A stretch of 64,000 nt of DNA from NCBI GenBank assembly GCA_020184695.1, contig JAANOX010000211.1:10815-74814 (forward strand), read 5' to 3'. Made by a program: the position numbers and the translations under genes. The stretch is from Histomonas meleagridis 2922-C6/04-290x. Its lineage: Eukaryota; Protista; Parabasalia. Below the pieces are notes generated by a model that had not been told where the DNA came from, searched no databases, and was given only the letters and a program-made list of their open reading frames with translations. Of the stretch, positions 42,200-50,266 are shown in pieces (positions within the stretch are counted from its first letter, which is position 1; every line of letters begins with the position of its first letter).

Positions 42200-44107
42200 A
42201 TGCAAAAAGAATCAGACTTCGTTCATGAGTTGCAAGCAATTTATACGGAGTTTGTTGATCAAATAAAATTGATTCCTTTACAAGTAAATTCAAATTTAAA
42301 AGATCAAAATTTGCAACAAATTACAAATAAATTTGATGCACTCACCAAAAAATTTACACAAGTTATTAACATGGATCAGTGTGTTCAAAATGATAATGCA
42401 GAAAATATTGTTAACAAAATCAATAAAAAGAAAAATAATATTCTTCAACATTATACCAATAAAATCAATAAATTAAAATCGACGTGTTCCCAAATGATTC
42501 AGCAAATAGATCAAAACGAAGTCAAATTTTGTGAAGATTTTCAAAATATTAAACATCGTTACAAAACTCAGATCAACCAACGGCAAAAGGCATATAATGA
42601 ATCCATCGAAAAAATCAAGGAACGAATTCAAAATCAACAAAAAGTTGATATTGGTAATTCTCAAAGTCAATTTGATGAAATGAACAAACAAAGGATCCAT
42701 TATATGCAGCAAGAAATAAAATCGCTTAAACAGCAAATCAAAATGGAAAAAGAAAACCAATTTCATTTTTTTGCTTCGTCAAAAGAAACGGTCTCCAAAA
42801 GTGACAGCCGTTATGGGATTGAGCTTTTTGACAAACAAAAAGAATATCTTCAATCAAACATTATTACTGTTCAAAATCGAATTGCAAACATAAGGGATCA
42901 TATGACAAATATGAAATTAAAATATGATGAGCAACTTAATTTTATTAAAAATGAAATAACAAATGAAAATCAAAAACAAACTATTGAAGAAGAAAACGAA
43001 AAATTAAAAGAAAAAATAAATTTAATGAAAAATAAAAACATGAAAATAAATAAAAGTAAAAGCAATAAAATCCAAAAAGAAATTTTTGAAGAAATTTTAA
43101 TTCGAAATGAAAAAATTTGTCAAAACATAAAATTAAATACCGAAAAATACATAAAAGAAATAAATGAAAAATCGAATAATTTATTTGAAATAATCAATGA
43201 AATATATAAAGTCAAAACACAAATAGAAATTAAAAAAGAAAACATTCGAAAAGAAAACACAAAAAAATTAAAATTATTAAAAAACGAACAAAGAAATGAA
43301 ATTAATAAAATTTTCGAAGAACACCAAAACATTTATAATGAATATTTAAACAAAACTAAAACGCAAACACAAAAAGAAAATATTTTTCTTCAAAACCAAT
43401 TAATTACAACTAAAATGAATTATCAAATAATTACAAATTTAAATAATTCCGAAGTTGATAATATAAATCCAAAATTTGAAATTAAACATTTAAAATTAAT
43501 ACAAAAGCAAATTTTACAAAATGAAATAAATTTGATTTCTTTGTTTGGTAAAATAAAAAATGATTTATTTAATTCTTTTAATGTTATTAAGGAAATAATT
43601 GTTAAAACATTTGAAGAAATAAAAAATGAAAACGAAATAAAAATAAATTTTTGTGATTTTGTTCAAAGTATTTCACAAAATAAAATTTTTGATTGTAAAA
43701 ATGAAGTAAATTTAATGGATTTAGAAAATGAAAATGTTTTCGATGAATATATCGAAGTCATATTTAAAAAATTGGAAGTGTTTTGTAACATTTCATTAAA
43801 CGAAACCCGAAACGAAATAATTCAACAGTTTTCAAATCTTTTACAAAAATTTATACAAAAAGAATTTGAATTAAGATACGAACAATGTTTGGATAAAATG
43901 AAGCAAACTTATAAAAACCAAATACAAAATGACACATTGTTTTATGAAGAAATTGAACAAAATATTGAAATGGAAGAAAAGGATTTAAATACAATAAATC
44001 AATTGATAGATAAAATAAACTTTATCAATAATAAAATCAAAACAAAACAGAAAACTAACAAGCAAACAAAAGAACGTTTGCCGCCGCTGAATAGAAACAA
44101 CAAATAG
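42200..44107 (+). CDS. Hypothetical coiled-coil protein (K/N/Q/E/I-rich)
   Basis: 635-aa ORF with heptad-like composition. Confidence 0.7.
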   Translation: MQKESDFVHELQAIYTEFVDQIKLIPLQVNSNLKDQNLQQITNKFDALTKKFTQVINMDQCVQNDNAENIVNKINKKKNNILQHYTNKINKLKSTCSQMIQQIDQNEVKFCEDFQNIKHRYKTQINQRQKAYNESIEKIKERIQNQQKVDIGNSQSQFDEMNKQRIHYMQQEIKSLKQQIKMEKENQFHFFASSKETVSKSDSRYGIELFDKQKEYLQSNIITVQNRIANIRDHMTNMKLKYDEQLNFIKNEITNENQKQTIEEENEKLKEKINLMKNKNMKINKSKSNKIQKEIFEEILIRNEKICQNIKLNTEKYIKEINEKSNNLFEIINEIYKVKTQIEIKKENIRKENTKKLKLLKNEQRNEINKIFEEHQNIYNEYLNKTKTQTQKENIFLQNQLITTKMNYQIITNLNNSEVDNINPKFEIKHLKLIQKQILQNEINLISLFGKIKNDLFNSFNVIKEIIVKTFEEIKNENEIKINFCDFVQSISQNKIFDCKNEVNLMDLENENVFDEYIEVIFKKLEVFCNISLNETRNEIIQQFSNLLQKFIQKEFELRYEQCLDKMKQTYKNQIQNDTLFYEEIEQNIEMEEKDLNTINQLIDKINFINNKIKTKQKTNKQTKERLPPLNRNNK

Positions 44108-44399
44108 AACAATTTGGGTATATTATTCAAACTGTTCTAATTAAATTACTTTTTATTCATAAAAATAATCTTCTAAACTAAAAGTTGAACATCATAAAGA
44201 CTAAAATGTTTCGAAACAAATTTTTCAAAATTTTCTGATTGTATAGTTTATTTTTAAACTGACATACTGAGAAACAAGGGATTCAACAAAGATTTGAGTT
44301 TTTATGGGAAATGTTGCACCTTTAGATTTTGAATTTCGAGAAAAATTTTTAGTTTTTCATTAAAAACATAAATACAAAAAATTATTTACAAAATAAATT

Positions 44400-45968
44400 C
44401 TATTTTCTAACAAATTTCAACACCAAAAACACATCCAACAACACTATATATACGATTGATACCAATCTAACAATTCTATTTTTTTCACAAGTTTTTTGTA
44501 TTCTTTTTGTTATATTTCTCTTTCTTTTACTTTCGCCATCATTTTCATCTAATATTTCGTATTTTAATGATTCAGGATCTTTCATAGCAAACGTCGAAAT
44601 TTGTCTCTTTAAATTCGATAGTTCTTTTTCGAAATTTTCTTTTTCCTTTCTTTGGATCGATGTATTTGTAATCATTTGTGATATTTGATATTCGATTGCG
44701 TCACATTTTTGTTTTAAACTTTTCTTTTGCTTTGTTAACATTGATATTAATTCCGAACAATTTTCAAAATTATTTTCATCAATAAAATTATTAATTTCAT
44801 ATTTTTCTTTTTCGATTTTTTCTTTTATATTTTTATTATTTAATTCAAGTTCTTTCTTCTTCTCTTTTAGTTTCTCAAATTGCTTAAGATTCATTGAATA
44901 TGTCTTCTGAAGATTATTCTTCTCGGATTCAGTATTAAATGAAGTTCTTACATGCTCAAGTTTTATTTTAGCGTTTTCCCACTCATTTATTGATGGAAGT
45001 TGTTCAAGTGTTTGCGTATATGTTTCTACTTCGTGTTTTAATAATGAAATTTTTTCTTTAAGTTTCGATATTTCTTCGTTTTTGTTGTCAATCATTTTAA
45101 TGTATTCATTTTCCTTTAAAGAGATCTCAGAAAGTTTTTTATTTTCATCATCAAGTTTCCGTTGAAGATCCTTTAATGATATTTTTTGTTGGTTACTTTC
45201 AAGAAGTTTTCGCTTGGCTTCTTCAAGTTGGAATTCGGCTTCTTGAAGTTCGTTTTCATATGCTTCGAGACGATCATTTCTCATTGAAATGGCTGTATCG
45301 ACTTCAGATTCTTTTTGATGGAGAATTTCAATGACGCAATTACGTTGCTCAGTCAACGATGCGATTGAAGTTTCCACTGATTTAAGAGATAGTTGACTAT
45401 CAAGTAACTCTTCTTTATATTTGGAAAGAGAGAATTCGTAGTCAACAAGTGCTTGTGATTGTGCTGAACGTGTGGCAATTTCAACTTGTTCATCACATTC
45501 ACGTTTGAGTTGATTAAGAGTTTCTGTAAGTTGAGAAACTTTCTTGTTCTTGGATAGTTCATTTTGAACATCAGATTTGAGTTGTGAAATCATGGAATCT
45601 AAATCTGGTAGAGATTTTAATTGATCAATTGAGGTTTGCAGAACAGGTAAAGGATCAGTAATTACAACAAGGTTGTTGGATAAAATGTTGGTTGAATTGC
45701 TGATAAGTTTGCTTGATTGACATAAAGTGTTGAATGAATCGATATATAAGTTAATAAGTTTAATTCCTTCTTCTTTTGGAATTCCATCATGAAAACGTTC
45801 TTGTAACTGTTTAATTTCGTCAAGTAATTTATTTTTTATTTCTGAATTTGCTTGATTCATATCAAGAGAAACATCATTTGGAAAAATTTTTATAAGTAAT
45901 TCAGGCGAGTTAATTTCATCCCAATGTTCCTTTGATTCAGTTAATATTTTTATAACATTTTCAGTCAT
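44400..45968 (-). CDS. CASP/Coy1-like tail-anchored golgin
   Basis: Long coiled coil; DPLPVL resembles CASP DPVPAL; C-terminal TM NRIVRLVSIVYIVLLDVFLVL resembles the CASP TM (Tyr kept, His replaced by Asp). Confidence 0.6.
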   Translation of the reverse strand: MTENVIKILTESKEHWDEINSPELLIKIFPNDVSLDMNQANSEIKNKLLDEIKQLQERFHDGIPKEEGIKLINLYIDSFNTLCQSSKLISNSTNILSNNLVVITDPLPVLQTSIDQLKSLPDLDSMISQLKSDVQNELSKNKKVSQLTETLNQLKRECDEQVEIATRSAQSQALVDYEFSLSKYKEELLDSQLSLKSVETSIASLTEQRNCVIEILHQKESEVDTAISMRNDRLEAYENELQEAEFQLEEAKRKLLESNQQKISLKDLQRKLDDENKKLSEISLKENEYIKMIDNKNEEISKLKEKISLLKHEVETYTQTLEQLPSINEWENAKIKLEHVRTSFNTESEKNNLQKTYSMNLKQFEKLKEKKKELELNNKNIKEKIEKEKYEINNFIDENNFENCSELISMLTKQKKSLKQKCDAIEYQISQMITNTSIQRKEKENFEKELSNLKRQISTFAMKDPESLKYEILDENDGESKRKRNITKRIQKTCEKNRIVRLVSIVYIVLLDVFLVLKFVRK

Positions 45969-46130
45969 TAAGATAAAATTAAAAATTAATGAAAAGACTT
46001 AAATTGTATCGGCAGCCACGTGTTCGATTTCCAGCACCTGGATTTTTTTCATTTTAATTGAATGTGAACAATAAAAAAGTGACTGGTTTTGACTTGGTTT
46101 GTTTTAATTAAATTTAACCAAAAGAACCAA

Positions 46131-46628
46131 ATGTCTTCGCTGCCGCTTGATGATCCATTTTGCCCAGCATGGACACCTTTCTTCGGGTTTGCTGGAATAT
46201 GCATTGGTGTTGTCCTTGCTTGCGCTGGAAGTGCTATTGGAACAGCTAAATGTGGTATTGGTTTAGCAAGTGCCTCTCTTATTAACAAATCAGTAATTGT
46301 TCGTGGTTTGATTGCTCCAATTATGGCCGGTATCATAGGAATTTATGGTCTTGTTTTTGCTATTGTAGTTCTTGATTCAATTGTTGCTACCGGCTATCAC
46401 ATTGGCAAAGCATTTGCACACTTTAGTGGAGGCATATGCGTAGGATTTACAGGTCTTGCAGCAGGTCTCACAATTGGTATTTCGGGACAAATTGGAATTA
46501 TTTCATTTGCAAAACAACCAGGTCTTTTCGTTGGTATGACTCTTGTCCTTATTTTTGGTGAAGTTTTAGGTATCTATGGTATGGTTATATCACTTGTACT
46601 TAACTCGAAAACATACTCATGTTCTTGA
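46131..46628 (+). CDS. V-type ATPase 16-kDa proteolipid subunit c
   Basis: Four TM helices; MAGIIGIYGLV; proton-carrying Glu in LIFGEVLGIYG; likely start MSSLPL at 46131. Confidence 0.95.
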   Translation: MSSLPLDDPFCPAWTPFFGFAGICIGVVLACAGSAIGTAKCGIGLASASLINKSVIVRGLIAPIMAGIIGIYGLVFAIVVLDSIVATGYHIGKAFAHFSGGICVGFTGLAAGLTIGISGQIGIISFAKQPGLFVGMTLVLIFGEVLGIYGMVISLVLNSKTYSCS

Positions 46629-47303
46629 ATAAAAGATTTTTAGAACAAATTCGTTTTTTATCATCAGCAAGTCCACCAAATCAAACTGTGTATACGCTTT
46701 TAAATGCTCAAAATATATCACACAAGTCATTGGCAATTTAAGAATTTTTTAATCAAGACACAAGCTTAATAAATATTTATGCACTGGGAAAGATGAAGAG
46801 AAAAAAAATCATAACTTTCAATTGAATTTGGTATTTCGAACTGGCCATTGGAAAACAAAGGTGCAAAAAAAATTTAAAAAATAGAAGATAATCCATTATT
46901 TACTAAAAAAGGAAAACACGATATAACTTTTTCAAATAAAAATCGACCAAAATTCTGAATGTATCGTTCTTTTTAACAAGCATTAACTTTTTGTGCGTAG
47001 TAAACGGCATTTTTTCAAAAAGTTTTATTATACTAGTAATTAACTTTTAAGTTTTAAGATAAACTCTTATGGAGTGAACAAATATAGTAACAAATCTTCA
47101 TGAAAACTAAGCTAAGAAGAATTGCATGTTTACAAGGAAAAAATGAATTTTTTTTATTCATTGAAAAAGAATTCAAAAGAAACCAAATTAATTAATTGAT
47201 AACAAATAAACCTACACTTGAATTTTGTAACGAAATCTAGTTTATTTGTTCGAAATTTTATAATTGATAACGCAAAAATCCCAAGTTATCTAAACTCTGC
47301 AAG

Positions 47304-47311
47304 AACGGTTT
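47304..47311 (+). promoter_or_regulatory. M3-like motif AACGGTTT
   Basis: Matches DRCSGYTD, about 24 nt upstream of the ATG at 47335. Confidence 0.35.
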
Positions 47312-47334
47312 ATTTCAAAAATTGACAAAACCAA

Positions 47335-48408
47335 ATGGTTGAAAGAATTAAAGAAGAATTAGGAAGTGAAGATGTCAATACTCGTCTTGGTGCCATCTCA
47401 AAAATCTCCACTATTCCCGAAGGCAACCGTGCTGAAATTTTCAATCTTGTAATTAATGATTTTAATCATGAAGTTCGTGAAGCAGCAGCTAACCAAATAG
47501 TCTTATGCCCTTCATGCTATAAAATTTTCCTTTCTGACCCAGATCCAAAAGTTAGGATAGCTATCATCAAACATTCCATAGATATTCGCAAGGAACTTAA
47601 AAACGATGAAGATTTCTTCAAGTCATTCGAAGCTCTTCAAAACGACTCTGTTGCAGATGTTCGTCGTGTCTTTGCCACTGTTCTTGCAGATCATGCCAAA
47701 GCTGATTTTGGTGATAAAGATAAAGTTGTTCCTCGAATTGTTCAACTTGTTGAACGTCTTCTTTCAGACCGTCATGATGATGTCCGAGTCGCAGCCTCTT
47801 TAAATGTCAAACAACTTACCATTCAATTTGGCTTCGATTTTGTGTTCGAACAACTTTACAACTCCCTTCACAAGATGCTCACTGATACTCAGTGGCGTGT
47901 CCGCAACAACGCTGTTGAGCTTTTGTTCGGGCTAGCTATTGTATGCAATTCAGACTTTTTTGATCAGAACCTTTTCCCTTTCCTCATGCAATTTCTCACC
48001 GACCAATGCTACAAAGTTCGTGAGTTTGCTCTTAAAGCTCTTCCTACACTTGTTTCCCACTTTGGTGTTGAATGGCTGAAATCGAAATTGATTGTCGAAC
48101 TTCAGACTCTTGCTCAATCACAGAACTTCCTTCAACGTGAAACTTATTTGTATTGTATTTCTGCCCTCGTGAGCTTCTTCCCTGTACAGTATCAATCAAA
48201 TTACGTTTTCCAACCAATGATCCGAATGCTACGCGACCCGGTACAAAACGTTGTACTCCTCGCAATAGAGTTACTCCAGAAGCATAAGGAGTCTATCCAC
48301 CCATTCAGGAGACAATATGAGTTGAAACCGATTTTGGAAAATTTGGTCGAATCATCTCCACAAACAGTGAAAGAACACGCGAACGCTTTTCTAGCAGAAT
48401 GCCAATAA
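47335..48408 (+). CDS. HEAT-repeat protein, PP2A scaffold (A) subunit-like, short
   Basis: D..DVRVAA, DTQWRVRNNAVE, DQCYKVREFA, NFLQRET, DPVQNV HEAT motifs. Confidence 0.8.
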   Translation: MVERIKEELGSEDVNTRLGAISKISTIPEGNRAEIFNLVINDFNHEVREAAANQIVLCPSCYKIFLSDPDPKVRIAIIKHSIDIRKELKNDEDFFKSFEALQNDSVADVRRVFATVLADHAKADFGDKDKVVPRIVQLVERLLSDRHDDVRVAASLNVKQLTIQFGFDFVFEQLYNSLHKMLTDTQWRVRNNAVELLFGLAIVCNSDFFDQNLFPFLMQFLTDQCYKVREFALKALPTLVSHFGVEWLKSKLIVELQTLAQSQNFLQRETYLYCISALVSFFPVQYQSNYVFQPMIRMLRDPVQNVVLLAIELLQKHKESIHPFRRQYELKPILENLVESSPQTVKEHANAFLAECQ

Positions 48409-48689
48409 ATAATGAACAATGGATTAAATTTTGTGCTTTAAAATTTCGTTGCTGTTTGAATGAAAAACGATGAAAATGCATTCAATATAAAATTTCCAAA
48501 ATAAGAATTTTAAAAATTATCAAAAAAAAAGTAAATAAACGTACTGTTACACAAACAAAGTAATTGAAAAATTGATATCAAATGTATGTTGTTTAAATTT
48601 ATTTCGAAGATAAAAATATCAATAATTTGAAGATGTGTTTTTGTGTTTATGCTGCGGTCTTATTTTTGAACCGAAATTCAAAATAAAAT

Positions 48690-49138
48690 AAAGCACAATG
48701 TAAGCAAAATCAAAAAGAAATTGAAGAACAAGCTCGAAAACTTCAAGATCTCGCACGCGATCTTTGCTATTGTCTTAAGGAATCTCCCAATGTATCAGAA
48801 GATCTTTTAAAAAAACGGGGAGAGGGATCATCTCTCGTATCACTTTTTGAAACATTTCAAAGTTTCACTTCAGAACAAATCCTTTCAATGGATAGCAATC
48901 AATGGACTAATGAACGTAAGAGCAAGTATGAAACCATGTTTGCAAAGAACCCAAACAGATAAACAAATGCGGATAAACATATTGAAGACCTTCAATCCAA
49001 AAGACTGAGCAAGACATGAAAACCCGAATTGAGTCACATGACACTAAAAAAGAACAATTAATACAAATACAATCACATTATGATGCTGAACCCAACGTGA
49101 TGATGAACTTTTTAAATAATTTAGAACAGCAATTATAA
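48690..49138 (+). pseudogene. Decayed coiled-coil gene fragment
   Basis: About 90 open codons (QCKQNQKEIEEQARKLQDLARD..) with no upstream in-frame ATG, then a stop and frameshifts. Confidence 0.4.
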
Positions 49139-49613
49139 GTGCATCTAAAAATGATAAAAATTGACCGACGTCGTTATCAAAAACGAATTAGTATCAATGC
49201 TTGATGTATATTTTTTTTTAAATTTAATTTAATACGTATTTATATAATTTCATATTTCAAAAACAATACTTAAATAATGCTTCCTAAAGTATTTCTAATA
49301 GCACTGTGATTGCATCTGAAAATGCAAATATAATTAGGGAAGTGTAACATTTTACAATAAAATATTAATAAAAATTACACGTGTAATCTAACAATCAAAA
49401 AATCTGTCAGAGGGATTTTTTTAAATTGCTTGTGAATTAAGATATAGCTGATTGTTTATATTTCAATTTCTAGATAATTTTTTTATATTAAATTAATGTC
49501 ATTTAAAGAACTAAGCTTCAAGAAAAATTTCAACTAATTCCTAAATTGCACGTTAAAAATACGTTATTTGGAGTTGCAAGTCTTGTTAAATAATATAAGT
49601 TACTGAAAAGGGT

Positions 49614-50099
49614 ATGAAAAGGTACAATTTAGAAGGAGATGAACATGCTGGAAAGACCTTAGTCGGAAACTGGTATGAAGATCGTGAATGGGGTGATAGT
49701 AGTGATACTAAAAAAATAAATCACGGAATGAATCTGACTTCAGTTCCTGGATATGAAAATAAGTATAAGACAACAAACCAAAAAGCATTTGGACATCACG
49801 ACAATCTATATCATAAAAGGATACCTCCAAGACAAGCGCGCAGAGAGCAAGAAACTTTTAAGACTACTATCCGAGATCTTCAAAACGAGGAATTGGAACA
49901 AGAAAACCACCAAATTGAATTCACAAGAAAAGGGAAATTCTTGCCTGAGCCAACTTACCATGAGAATTTACAATTAGATTATATGGAAGATGAACCTATA
50001 ACATTATATTCGGAAACAAGGCATAATTTTGGAAGAGATAGCCACTTTACAACCCCTATTCAAGATTATATCGGACATAGAATTGTTAAAGATGATTAA
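49614..50099 (+). CDS. SPAG8/FAP143-like axonemal microtubule inner protein
   Basis: TLVGNWYEDRE (GNW motif) and C-terminal DYMEDEPITLYS..FGRDSHFTTP, resembling SPAG8 from recall. Confidence 0.55.
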   Translation: MKRYNLEGDEHAGKTLVGNWYEDREWGDSSDTKKINHGMNLTSVPGYENKYKTTNQKAFGHHDNLYHKRIPPRQARREQETFKTTIRDLQNEELEQENHQIEFTRKGKFLPEPTYHENLQLDYMEDEPITLYSETRHNFGRDSHFTTPIQDYIGHRIVKDD

Positions 50100-50266
50100 T
50101 TTTTTTTTTTAAATCATATTTTTAAACTTACTCATAAAGCTTTTACTCATGAGTTGCATATATTATTTCACACACATAAGTGAGTCATTAATTTTGAAAA
50201 GTTGAAAGTGAAAATTAAGAAAACTGACTAAAAATGACGATCATAACTGTTGGATCAAAAAATATT